Below, in pieces: positions 1 to 9,136 of a stretch of DNA of 64,000 nucleotides; within the stretch, counting starts at the first letter, position 1, and each line of letters begins with the position of its first letter. This DNA is from Candidatus Terrybacteria bacterium RIFCSPHIGHO2_01_FULL_48_17 (GTDB lineage Bacteria > Patescibacteriota > Minisyncoccia > Terrybacterales > 2-01-FULL-58-14): contig MHSS01000002.1 in the NCBI GenBank assembly GCA_001822835.1, forward strand, positions 1,060 to 65,059, written 5' to 3'. A program made the translations under genes and the position numbers. The notes beneath the pieces are model-generated. The model ran no database searches, was not told the origin of the DNA, and was given only the letters and a program-made list of their open reading frames with translations.

Positions 1-1431
1 GTATTGCGCAAGCACTCCGCTTTTCCACGAGTGGGAAAACACGGTCGCATCTTCTATCTCCGCGCGTTCCATAGGAGTAGCATAGGCATAGTAGTTGACA
101 AGTCCCAAGAGCACCCAGATTGCTCCGATAATTCCCGCTACTGGAGCCACATGGGTTACGAGTATTACGCCAAGCAGGCCAAGAAAGAAAATCGTGGCGA
201 TGGGCATGTAAGGGAACAATGGTGCGCGCCATGGTCGTGCAATGTGCGGTCGCCGTTTCCGTAGCGCAATAAACGTGACTGTCGCCTGTAAGAACAGTAA
301 TACAAACATGAGATCGGCCAGAGAGGCAATTTCTTCAAGCGAGAAGAAAAGCGCCAAGGCAATGATAAAGAGCGTTGAGAGGATAACGGCTCGGTGCGGT
401 GTGCGATTTTTTGAGTGGATGGCGGCAAGCCCTTGGAGTACGTGCCGCGCCCGTGCCATAGCAAGAACCACGTGGGAAGAGGAAAAAATTGTGGCATTCA
501 GCGCTGCAACGTTCACCAATAATCCCCCGATGATAATCACCAGCGCGCCGTAGGGAAAGAGCGCTGCGGCAGCCGCTGGAAGCGCTTCTGCGCCCTCCCT
601 GCCTATGGCTCCGGATACGTTTTCGCTATCAGAAAATCCGGTAATCAGGGCAAACGTAACGAGCAAATAGATGACCACGATAATCATGCGGGTGAGAAAA
701 AGGGCGCGAGGAAGGTCTCGCGAAGGATTTTGCATTTCTTCTGCTGCCTGCGTCTGTATTTCCGAGCCCTCAAACGCAATAAAAAAGAGCGACATTGCCG
801 CAAGAATTCCGATGATTCCGTTGGGAGCTGCGGGGGAAAGCTTCCCAAGATGCGCGGCAGGTGCCTGAAAGAATACAAGAAGCCCGGCGACCACAAAAAT
901 GCCGAGCACCACCAGCACGATTGCAGTTACCACGCCTCCTGCGGCGCTCAAGGCGCGCATGCCCTTCCAGTTGAAAAAACCGAATACTGCAATTATTCCC
1001 GCGGCTGCCGTAAGCTGTAGGAGGTGTTCATTGAATAGTATCGGAACGCGGATGAATTTCAAAAATGTTACGGCGTAAAATCCGAACGAAACGGCATACA
1101 ACCCGCATGCCGCGGCGTGCGCAAACCACGAAAGCCATCCTGCCATGAAGCCCTGTAGATCCCCGAGTCCTTCGCGCACCCAAATGTATCCGCCTCCGGC
1201 TTCTGGAAACGCGGTGCCAAGCTCTGCATATATTGCGACGATCCCTAGAAATCCTATCGAAAGCCCTGAAATTGCAAGAAGTGTGCCCCAGCCACCCCCT
1301 AGACCAATGGTTGCTCCAAGGAGAGTAAAAACTCCCCCTCCCAAAATGGCTCCCACGCCAAGGAAAATAACCCCGCCAGAGCCGAGTACTTTTTCAAGAC
1401 CGTGAGGAGTTTTGTGTGGAGATTGAATCAT
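1..1431 (-). CDS. APC-family amino acid permease (runs off the left edge)
   Basis: Not in the ORF track. Hand translation from ATG 1431: MIQSPHKTPHGLEKVLGSGGVIFLGVGAILGGGVFTL...YAELGTAFPEAGGGYIWVREGLG, with typical APC TM1 and AGG-Y motifs; hydrophobic. Confidence 0.85.
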   Translation of the reverse strand, partial: MIQSPHKTPHGLEKVLGSGGVIFLGVGAILGGGVFTLLGATIGLGGGWGTLLAISGLSIGFLGIVAIYAELGTAFPEAGGGYIWVREGLGDLQGFMAGWLSWFAHAAACGLYAVSFGFYAVTFLKFIRVPILFNEHLLQLTAAAGIIAVFGFFNWKGMRALSAAGGVVTAIVLVVLGIFVVAGLLVFFQAPAAHLGKLSPAAPNGIIGILAAMSLFFIAFEGSEIQTQAAEEMQNPSRDLPRALFLTRMIIVVIYLLVTFALITGFSDSENVSGAIGREGAEALPAAAAALFPYGALVIIIGGLLVNVAALNATIFSSSHVVLAMARARHVLQGLAAIHSKNRTPHRAVILSTLFIIALALFFSLEEIASLADLMFVLLFLQATVTFIALRKRRPHIARPWRAPLFPYMPIATIFFLGLLGVILVTHVAPVAGIIGAIWVLLGLVNYYAYATPMERAEIEDATVFSHSWKSGVLAQY

Positions 1432-1581
1432 TTTCTTCCTTTAGAATCCTCCTTTTTTTTACTGTTGACAAGGCGTAGTGGTTAACGGTAGGGTTTAGCT
1501 ACGTGCTCCTTTTGTCGCAAGGAGCTTGTTTTAAAAGAGGCGGATTCTGGCGTAATGCATGGGATCGCCTCGCAAAGCTTT

Positions 1582-1698
1582 ATGGCATCTTGTCCATCAT
1601 GCGGTGCAGAAGACCAGAATCCGGGCGTCTGCACTTCCTGTGGGGAAGAGGTTCCTGCGGAATCGACCGACGAGGGATCTGAAGGTGGTACCGAGTAA
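1582..1698 (+). CDS. 38-aa zinc-ribbon micro-protein
   Basis: MASCPSCGAEDQNPGVCTSCGEEVPAESTDEGSEGGTE*: two CxxC motifs and an acidic tail; below the ORF-track cutoff. Confidence 0.55.
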   Translation: MASCPSCGAEDQNPGVCTSCGEEVPAESTDEGSEGGTE

Positions 1699-1820
1699 AG
1701 AACCCTTGCCACAGCGATTTTGTTTTGTCACAGAAGGCCGCTCTTTTGAGCGGCTTTTCTTTTGAGGCCGTTTTGTGTTAAGGTTGCCGTGTACATTGAC
1801 AAGGAGAAAAGGGGAAAAAG

Positions 1821-3353
1821 ATGCAGTGGGACACGATGACGCGCGAACAGTACGAGGCGCTGCAAGATCGTCAGCTAAAGCGCTTTATTGCCGAGGAAGT
1901 ATATCCGTTTCATCCCTACTACGGTGATTTATTCAGAAAGCATGGCATATTACCTAGGCACATTGGGTCGGTATCTGATCTCCGACATTTTTCTGAGCTC
2001 TTTACTACAAAGACAATCATTGCTGCGCAGCCAGAAGCATTTGTGGTGCAGCCAACCCCGAAACGCGTTTTTCTTTCTCCGCCACGAACAAGGCCGTTAG
2101 TACTTGTCGCGCGCGAGTTAGCGCGTGCGGGTATCGCAATTCCGAATCTTCTATTTGATCAGACCTTGAACCGGCTTCCTTCGCTGCTTTACCGTTTCGG
2201 ACGCGTACAGTTACCTCGGCCTCTTTCTGCAAAAGCTTTCCTTGAATATCGTTATGCCCCGCATTTTCCTACGGGAACAACCGGCCGTTCGACCGGTGGC
2301 GTGCCAACGGTATTCTGGTTTACCGGCGTTGACATGGCGCGTATGGCAAAATTGGGTTCTCGATATTTCTCTCTGCTTGGCATGGGAAACCTTCAGCCGC
2401 AAGAGAGGCGGTGCATCGATCTTTTCCCGGTTTCCATCCACCTTGCCGATCTTTTTTTGCGTGAGGTTTCGCGGGGGGTGCCGGCAATGGTATTTCCCAC
2501 GGGGGGTGGCAAGGGCATTGGTACCGAGCGAAGTTTGCGCGTGGCAGAGGCATCAGAGGCGCGCCTGCTCGCTGGCGTTCCCGATTACGTTGAGCGGTTT
2601 TTGGAATATGCGGTAGACGAAAAACGCAATCTTTCGCACGTCGAACGCGTGATACTTGGCGGTGATGCCGTAGGACCCAAACGTCGCGAAAGCATTATCG
2701 AGCTTCTTAGAAAATGTGGCGCCATGGATCCTGTTGTCATTGCCTCATACGGTTTTACGGAAGCCAAGATCGCATTTATTGAGTGCGTCGAAGGTGCGCG
2801 CGAGGGCGGAGTAGGATATCACGTATTCCCCGAACTTGGAGCCGTTGAAATTTTAGATCCCGACCCAAACAGTCGGGGAGAGGTGTGTTGGTCGACAATT
2901 GTCGGCGCCGGTACCGTGGTATTGCGTTACCGCACCGGAGATCACGCGGCATTTTCATGGGAGCCGTGCCCGGCATGCGGCCGTACCCTTCCCAGAATCG
3001 TGGGACCAATTACGCGAAAAACGTCCGACATGATAAAAAATATCGCCGGAACATTGGTTGACTTCAACCATGTCTGCGAAGTTTTTGAGAACGATGCGTC
3101 TGTTACCGAATGGCAGGTTGAAATTGTCGGGGACAAGAATGCCGGTGAACGTATAAATGTGTTTGTCGCCTTGCGCGAGGGAATAGATCAGGATGCCGTA
3201 TGTTGGCGCTTGGTGTCGGCCTTTAAAACCGCAGCTGATGGCCTTGCTCCGTACACAATCCGAGTGTTTTCACATGAGGAATTGGTTGTGCGGCTTGGCA
3301 TTGAAACGGAACTTAAAGCCCAGCGCATCAAAGACCTTCGAAAGGAGGCATAA
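1821..3353 (+). CDS. Phenylacetate-CoA ligase-like (PaaK/ANL) adenylate-forming enzyme
   Basis: TGTTGRSTGG P-loop, SYGFTE, LRYRTGD and CPACGRTLPRI motifs; strong SD. Confidence 0.8.
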   Translation: MQWDTMTREQYEALQDRQLKRFIAEEVYPFHPYYGDLFRKHGILPRHIGSVSDLRHFSELFTTKTIIAAQPEAFVVQPTPKRVFLSPPRTRPLVLVARELARAGIAIPNLLFDQTLNRLPSLLYRFGRVQLPRPLSAKAFLEYRYAPHFPTGTTGRSTGGVPTVFWFTGVDMARMAKLGSRYFSLLGMGNLQPQERRCIDLFPVSIHLADLFLREVSRGVPAMVFPTGGGKGIGTERSLRVAEASEARLLAGVPDYVERFLEYAVDEKRNLSHVERVILGGDAVGPKRRESIIELLRKCGAMDPVVIASYGFTEAKIAFIECVEGAREGGVGYHVFPELGAVEILDPDPNSRGEVCWSTIVGAGTVVLRYRTGDHAAFSWEPCPACGRTLPRIVGPITRKTSDMIKNIAGTLVDFNHVCEVFENDASVTEWQVEIVGDKNAGERINVFVALREGIDQDAVCWRLVSAFKTAADGLAPYTIRVFSHEELVVRLGIETELKAQRIKDLRKEA

Positions 3354-3355
3354 TT

Positions 3356-3901
3356 TTGGATGCGTTAATCGTTGGCGCGGCCTTTTTCCTCCCGGCTTTT
3401 TTTGCGAACATAGCAGCAATGGTTGTGGGTCGGGTTGCTAAAGAATTCGGACCTCCCTTTAACATAACCGTAGATAAGATTGTAACGCTCGGCAAAAGAG
3501 AATTGTTTGGGCCGAACAAAACCATGCTAGGATCCTTCGCCATGGTTCTTGCGGCGTTGGCTGCCGGCGAAAACCTCACGGCCTTGCATGAAAACTTTGG
3601 CATCGGCCCCAAGGTTTTTGATCCGGTCTGGCAACATGCGGTGCCGGTTTGGCTTTTGCTTGGGACGGGCGCCTGCCTTGGCGACCTCGCGGGCTCCTTG
3701 TGCAAGCGCGCGTTGCGCATTGCCGCAGGAAAGGATTTGTGGGTAGTAGATCAAATTGACTGGCTTTTGGGCGCCGTGGTACTCTTGTGGTTTTTTGACC
3801 TGCTCCCCGCGTGGAATCTAGTAGCATGGGGCTCTTTGGTTTTGGTTTCCGCGCGTTTCGTGTTAGAAATCCCGAGAAAAATAATATTCCCTTCGGCATA
3901 G
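3356..3901 (+). CDS. carS: CDP-archaeol synthase (CarS/DUF46)-like membrane CTP-transferase
   Basis: LPAFFAN, FGPNKT, LGDLAGSLCKR and DQIDW match CarS motifs; TTG start 2 nt after the upstream stop. Confidence 0.75.
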   Translation: MDALIVGAAFFLPAFFANIAAMVVGRVAKEFGPPFNITVDKIVTLGKRELFGPNKTMLGSFAMVLAALAAGENLTALHENFGIGPKVFDPVWQHAVPVWLLLGTGACLGDLAGSLCKRALRIAAGKDLWVVDQIDWLLGAVVLLWFFDLLPAWNLVAWGSLVLVSARFVLEIPRKIIFPSA

Positions 3902-3977
3902 CCGGAGGGATTGATTTTTTGGAGACCTTGCGTTATGCTTGGTACGGAATTGTTGAAAACAGAACAAGGAGGAAAAG

Positions 3978-4424
3978 ATGAACGTTGTTATGCCTCACCT
4001 GCCCGGGACGCGACACACACTATTCAACAAGAGAGGGGAAACTCTTTCTCTGCCCGAGCCGCGAAGAGAGATTTTTCCTAGCCCCGGACCGATGCGCGTT
4101 CCCGAACTTGGATGTAGTCACGAGTACTTAATGGTCTATTTGTGTCCCGGCACTTATTATCTGCTACGCATATCAGATGCGGGCGTAAGCGTTCGTTGCT
4201 ATGTGATCACCGATGAATACCCCGTAAGCGCGCGCGAAACGCTTGAAACCGACATTCCCACCGACTTTCTTTTCGGGAGATACAGCGCCGATGAAATACG
4301 CGATATTTTTCAGCGCGAAATAAAAAGGCATTCTAAAAATCGCAAAAAAGATCACCTTTGCTATCCGTCCCAGCTTGTGGACGCCATTGTTGACGCGGTA
4401 GCAAAAGCAAAGCAGAGGGCATAG
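3978..4424 (+). CDS. hypothetical protein
   Basis: AAGGAGG SD, 148 aa, followed by a hairpin (4454-4471) and T tract. Confidence 0.6.
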   Translation: MNVVMPHLPGTRHTLFNKRGETLSLPEPRREIFPSPGPMRVPELGCSHEYLMVYLCPGTYYLLRISDAGVSVRCYVITDEYPVSARETLETDIPTDFLFGRYSADEIRDIFQREIKRHSKNRKKDHLCYPSQLVDAIVDAVAKAKQRA

Positions 4425-4557
4425 CCTGCAAACACGTCCTTAAAACCATTGATCCCGCCTAACGGCGGGATTGCTTTTTGGGGTAGCGGATTTTAGGGTA
4501 AGTAATATGGGGATATAGTAAAATGGTATTACGCGGCATTTGTCCCGCCGTATTTCT

Positions 4558-4629
4558 GGGGGTGTAGCTCAGTGGTAGAGCACTGCATTCGCATTGCAGG
4601 GGTCAGGGGTTCGAATCCCCTCACCTCCA
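4558..4629 (+). tRNA. tRNA-Ala(CGC)
   Basis: Acceptor GGGGGTG/CACCTCC with G3:U70, anticodon arm CTGCA-TTCGCAT-TGCAG, GGTTCGAATCC T-loop; CCA not encoded. Confidence 0.93.
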
Positions 4630-4843
4630 CTCGTCCCCAGAAATATTACGGGATTGCGTTTCGTTTCTACTCGCCATGCTCGCAGACGAAACGGGAACAT
4701 TGCCGAGGTTCGGGTTTTCCCTGTTTGTCCAAGAGCGTAGCGATTGGAAACAAACAGCAATCCCGCATTCTTCAATCGAGTGCGGGACTATTCCCGGTAT
4801 CTCCATTCATTAAAAGACACACCCGCAGCTTGCTGCGGGTTTA

Positions 4844-5113
4844 TTAATTGCCGTGGTTATGGTCGCGTACTCGTATTTCTGCCCAGCAAGCAACGAGGAT
4901 CGAAACGGCTGGGGCAAGGGTTGCAACGATTATAGCGCCAACAAAAATCAACAGCATGGGTGGGCCGTACCAACGCATAAGAAATAACGAAGGGGAAATG
5001 CTTGCGAGAAACACAATCCACCATGCCCGGAGCATCTTTTCGTAAAGCTCGACGGTCATTCGCGGCAAAAACCAAAATGCAAATTTGGTTGGCAAGCCCA
5101 TGCGATGTTCCAT
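4844..5113 (-). CDS. small membrane protein
   Basis: 89 aa, two hydrophobic segments, purine-rich leader. Confidence 0.55.
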   Translation of the reverse strand: MEHRMGLPTKFAFWFLPRMTVELYEKMLRAWWIVFLASISPSLFLMRWYGPPMLLIFVGAIIVATLAPAVSILVACWAEIRVRDHNHGN

Positions 5114-5289
5114 TTTTGCTTTTCCTTTCAAGTTTCTACGTAGGGCGAGAATACTAGATATGTATTAAAAAATCAAGACACACCGTGCGCGGGGCGCCCT
5201 TATTCGAGTAATTCGGGTGAGATTTGGGTATTAGTGTCGCTTCTGTAAGAATTTGACGCACGGCTCGTCTTCATAGTAAAGAGGGTACA

Positions 5290-5793
5290 ATGTCTATACA
5301 TGAGCGTGAGTTTCTTAACGCCTACGACCAGTATGCCGACGCCTTGTTCCGGCATTGCTATTTCCGTATTCACGACAGAGAGCGCGCAAAAGACCTTGTG
5401 CAAGAGACGTTTACAAAAACATGGGAATACTTGGTAGACGGCAAGGAGGTAAAGAATATGCGGGCTTTTTTGTATCGTGTTGCCACTAACCTTGTTATCG
5501 ATGAAGCGCGCAAGAAAAAGCCCATATCCCTTGATTTGTTGCAGGAAGAGAAGGGATTTGATCCAGGACACGATCCGCTCGAACGCACACAACACATGAT
5601 TGATGCCAAAACCATTGTATCTTATCTTTCCCGGCTCGATCCGCACCATAAGGAAGTCGTGGTGATGCGCTACATCGATGGCTTGGGCCCAAAGGAAATT
5701 GCAAAAATTCTTGGCGAAACAGAAAACACCGTTTCTGTGCGCCTGCACCGCGCCATACAACGTTTACGTTCCCTTGTTACCGCATATGAGTAA
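5290..5793 (+). CDS. ECF RNA polymerase sigma factor
   Basis: Region 2 AKDLVQETF..FLYRVATNLVID and region 4 EIAKILGETENTVSVRLHRA. Confidence 0.93.
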   Translation: MSIHEREFLNAYDQYADALFRHCYFRIHDRERAKDLVQETFTKTWEYLVDGKEVKNMRAFLYRVATNLVIDEARKKKPISLDLLQEEKGFDPGHDPLERTQHMIDAKTIVSYLSRLDPHHKEVVVMRYIDGLGPKEIAKILGETENTVSVRLHRAIQRLRSLVTAYE

Positions 5794-6904
5794 CCGCAAC
5801 CCCATCTTTCAAGAAGCACAAAAGGTCCGCCTTTCTGAAGCGGAACATGCTGCTATGCGCAGTAAGCTTATTGCGTTTATAAAAACCCACCCGGTAAGAG
5901 ATATGGCACCGCGACGTCCTTTATGGCAAAGGTCACCATTTTATCTTTTTAACGTAAAACCACAATTTGTTATGCCATTTATTCTTGCGTTCGTTATTTT
6001 GTTTGCAGTTGGCGGCGGGGCGTCTTTTGCCGCGGAAAATTCCCTCCCAGGGGAAATGCTCTATCCCGTAAAGGTCAACATTAACGAGGAAGTGCACGCC
6101 GCATTCGCATTCTCCCAAGAAGCAAAGATCGAATGGGAGGCAGAGCGCGCTGCGAGGCGGCTTAACGAAGCCGAGCAATTAGCGCAACGTGGCGAATTTG
6201 ACGCCGAGGTATTTGCGCAAATTGAACAACGTTTCGCTGTCCATGCCGAGCGTGTGCGCTTTCGTATTGAAGCGATGGGCTCGCGCGGAGAAACGGGGGT
6301 TGCGGCGCAATGGAGTTCACATTTTGAGGTATCGCTTCAGGCACACGAGCGGATTTTGAGCCGCCTTGCTGGCGAGGAGACAAGCGATCTATTGGTGTCG
6401 GTACGCGAAAACAAAGAAACGGCATCTTCGCAGCGTGAAGAGTTGGAAGAAGGGATTGCGGAAAATCCTCAAGTTCAGGCAGCAGCAGAAGGACGTTTGG
6501 GCGCTATCGAAAATAAAATTGCAGAAGCTCGTAAGTTCCTTGAGCGCCAAAGTGGGCGTCTTGGCGAAGGAGTAACGGCTGATGCCCAAGCACGCCTTCA
6601 GGTTGCAGAAGATGCTATTGCAGAAGGGAAGACAAAGATGGATGCCGGAGAGTTTGCCGAAGCATTTCGGCTGTTTCAAAAAGCGCACCGCATTGCCCAA
6701 GAGGCCCAGCTTTTAGCGGCAGCGATGGTTCGGCTTGATTTGGATATCGACCTTGGTAGCGATCAAGAAGAGGCGGAAGAGGAAGGAGAAGAACAGGACG
6801 ACGCCGACGAATCTAAGGAAGAATCAGGGGACGAAAACGAAGCACAGGATCTCCGGTTTGAAACAAACGGCAACGCACATTTGCGTTTTGAGATCGGCCG
6901 CTAG
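5786..6904 (+). CDS. DUF5667-domain membrane protein (probable anti-sigma partner)
   Basis: Overlaps the sigma stop; one TM helix, then AENSLPGEMLYPVK...RRLNEA; helical with an acidic tail. Confidence 0.75.
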   Translation: MSNRNPIFQEAQKVRLSEAEHAAMRSKLIAFIKTHPVRDMAPRRPLWQRSPFYLFNVKPQFVMPFILAFVILFAVGGGASFAAENSLPGEMLYPVKVNINEEVHAAFAFSQEAKIEWEAERAARRLNEAEQLAQRGEFDAEVFAQIEQRFAVHAERVRFRIEAMGSRGETGVAAQWSSHFEVSLQAHERILSRLAGEETSDLLVSVRENKETASSQREELEEGIAENPQVQAAAEGRLGAIENKIAEARKFLERQSGRLGEGVTADAQARLQVAEDAIAEGKTKMDAGEFAEAFRLFQKAHRIAQEAQLLAAAMVRLDLDIDLGSDQEEAEEEGEEQDDADESKEESGDENEAQDLRFETNGNAHLRFEIGR

Positions 6905-6930
6905 GCTAGGGTTGCATAGAATTAGCAAGC

Positions 6931-6961
6931 AAAAGCGCCCCGTACTGCGGGGCGCTTTTTT
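6931..6961. terminator. bidirectional intrinsic terminator
   Basis: AAAAGCGCCCCG-TACTG-CGGGGCGCTTTTT between convergent genes. Confidence 0.8.
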
Positions 6962-7592
6962 ATCCAAATACTACGTCCACGAATGATTCCTTTGGATGCG
7001 TTGCGCGGTCGTAAAGAAAAAGATCCCACAAAAGATGGTTGCGGCGAGGTTCTTTTTGGATCTCCCGCCAGTTTGTTTGTACGCGCCGTAGATAAACGCA
7101 TGCGATCATTACAAGGTTTGCAGTAATGGCCCCGGGATAAATGACCCACCCCGTGAGAGCGCTTAAACCAAGCATAAAAAAAGGAGCGGCACCCGATGCC
7201 CGATATATAAAGAACGTGAGAAGCGGCACTGCCCCGACAACAATCGCAAGGGGAGAAAGCCAGGAAGCAGCGCCTATTGCGGCCGCAACTCCTCTTCCTC
7301 CGCTGAATTTAAAAAAGATAGGCCAATTGTGTCCTACAACGACTGCGGCAACCGGCAAGACGGGCATGCCGATGGAAGTACCCCACCACGCGGCAGACAC
7401 TCCTTTTATAAAATCAATAGCTCCTATAATAAAGCCCTCTTTTTTCCCAATCGAATGCCACGCGTTTGTTGCGCCCGCATTTTTTGTTCCGACTGCGCGT
7501 ATATCAATCCCGCGCAACCATCCAACGATGATTGCGGTGTTCAGCGATCCCAAAAGATAGCAGATAAGAGAAGCCGTGATGGTTGCAACCAT
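6960..7592 (-). CDS. plsY: glycerol-3-phosphate acyltransferase PlsY
   Basis: YLLGS, DIRAVGTKNAGATN and GHNWPIFFKFSGGRGVA motifs. Confidence 0.9.
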   Translation of the reverse strand: MVATITASLICYLLGSLNTAIIVGWLRGIDIRAVGTKNAGATNAWHSIGKKEGFIIGAIDFIKGVSAAWWGTSIGMPVLPVAAVVVGHNWPIFFKFSGGRGVAAAIGAASWLSPLAIVVGAVPLLTFFIYRASGAAPFFMLGLSALTGWVIYPGAITANLVMIACVYLRRVQTNWREIQKEPRRNHLLWDLFLYDRATHPKESFVDVVFG

Positions 7593-7657
7593 AGCGATGC
7601 ACTCAGTGTATCATAAAAGCCCCGAAAGGGGCTTTATGATGTTTCATGTCGCATCTT

Positions 7658-7921
7658 TTACTTTGTAGTGCGAAGCGATTTCGTCAGTCGTGATTTTAAC
7701 CGCGCTGCGGTATTTTGTTTAATAACCCCGCGCTTAGCCGCTTTATCGAATGCCTTGTACGCTTTGGGCAGCAATGCCTCTGCCTCTTTTTTCTTGCCTT
7801 GGCTAACCAGCTTTCGTATTTCAATACGAACATCGCGCACAGCTTTTTTGCGCGTAAGATTTCTTGTGCGCCGCCGCACTGATTGCCTTAACGCTTTTTT
7901 TGCGGATTTGAGTAGTGGCAT
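7658..7921 (-). CDS. rpsT: 30S ribosomal protein S20
   Basis: MPLLKSAKKALRQS...DKAAKRGVIKQNTAARLKSRL. Confidence 0.96.
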   Translation of the reverse strand: MPLLKSAKKALRQSVRRRTRNLTRKKAVRDVRIEIRKLVSQGKKKEAEALLPKAYKAFDKAAKRGVIKQNTAARLKSRLTKSLRTTK

Positions 7922-8158
7922 GCCAATTTTGCCTGTGGGCATCGGCGAACAGCTGCAAAATTGAGCATCTCGCCGAAGCGTAGCGAAGGCGGATTACCTG
8001 TAAAAACAGGGTACAGCAAATAGGGTACAGGGGACAGAATGATTGTGCAACGTTGACAATTTTTGTATACTGTGATATTGTTGCGGCGATCGGGGAAACG
8101 CTGCGTCCTTCACCGCACGCGCCCGCCATAGGCGGGCCACGCAAAAGAGGAAAAGAAC

Positions 8159-8659
8159 ATGCAGCTTGAATTGGACTTTCAAAAAACACTGCGCCGCTCG
8201 CGCGACGCGCTCAATAAACTCAAAGAAGGCAATTCGGACGACGTAGAAACGCTCCGTCATATTGCAGAGGCGCTAAGGGTGCCGGTGGCCGAGGAAATTC
8301 CGGAGCAAGAGATTCGCATTGCTGAGGCATGCGAAAAGATTATGCAAATAAATCCTGCGCTTCCAGGAACCGTCACAGATATCCTACAACCCATTATTAA
8401 TCAGCTTCCCCGTCGGTTCGAGGTTTGGGAGGTGCGTGATGACATTGGGGTGGTCGGACGAGAATTCTTGGATCACGCAGCGGCTCATGCTTATGCCGGC
8501 GGATGGCGTTCGCGCTACACAACCATTACAAGCAAACGGCTTAACGTACTTGAAATGCGACGCCTCCTAGCCCACACGAATCCCGCATTTCTTTTCTCGG
8601 GCGAGCGCAAGATGCTTCCAAGGATTAAACGACTTCTTTACCTGCCGCCTAGGAACTAA
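8159..8659 (+). CDS. hypothetical protein
   Basis: Upstream TTGACA-type promoter near 8053 and GAGG SD; 166 aa. Confidence 0.6.
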   Translation: MQLELDFQKTLRRSRDALNKLKEGNSDDVETLRHIAEALRVPVAEEIPEQEIRIAEACEKIMQINPALPGTVTDILQPIINQLPRRFEVWEVRDDIGVVGREFLDHAAAHAYAGGWRSRYTTITSKRLNVLEMRRLLAHTNPAFLFSGERKMLPRIKRLLYLPPRN

Positions 8660-8811
8660 AAACCCGATCACAGGACGCAGCCAATTTGCGGCTCCGCATA
8701 AGCGGAGCCGTCTTCTTTTTGATAATCAACTATGGGGATCGGATCCCCATAGTTCGATCCGCTGCTGTTTTATGCGTTTCCAGAAAAAAAACTTGGCGAT
8801 TCGCCAAGTTA

Positions 8812-9093
8812 TCAAATAAGATCATTCAGATGAACACAGCCACGATTATTTGGCGTAAGTTCACAGTTGGGGCAATAGGGAATACCGACCTGTTTTACCT
8901 TTCCGCTACCTGCGCAATTGGAAAAGAGCGTAGTATGCAGCGAGATGTACGCATGTACTTCTTGTACTTCTGCACCGCAATTTTTGCATACAAAAACCTC
9001 TCCCGTTTTCGTATAATATGCCTCTGCGTGTTGAGAGATCAGCCGATCCAGTTCTTCAAGGGAATCAATACGGAACTGGGTTGGTGTTTGCAT
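8812..9093 (-). CDS. small Cys-rich (zinc-binding) protein
   Basis: CKNC and CPNC motifs; GGAGG SD. Confidence 0.6.
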   Translation of the reverse strand: MQTPTQFRIDSLEELDRLISQHAEAYYTKTGEVFVCKNCGAEVQEVHAYISLHTTLFSNCAGSGKVKQVGIPYCPNCELTPNNRGCVHLNDLI

Positions 9094-9136
9094 TAACACC
9101 CTCCAATTTTCAAGCTAGCCGATTTCATTTTAACGA

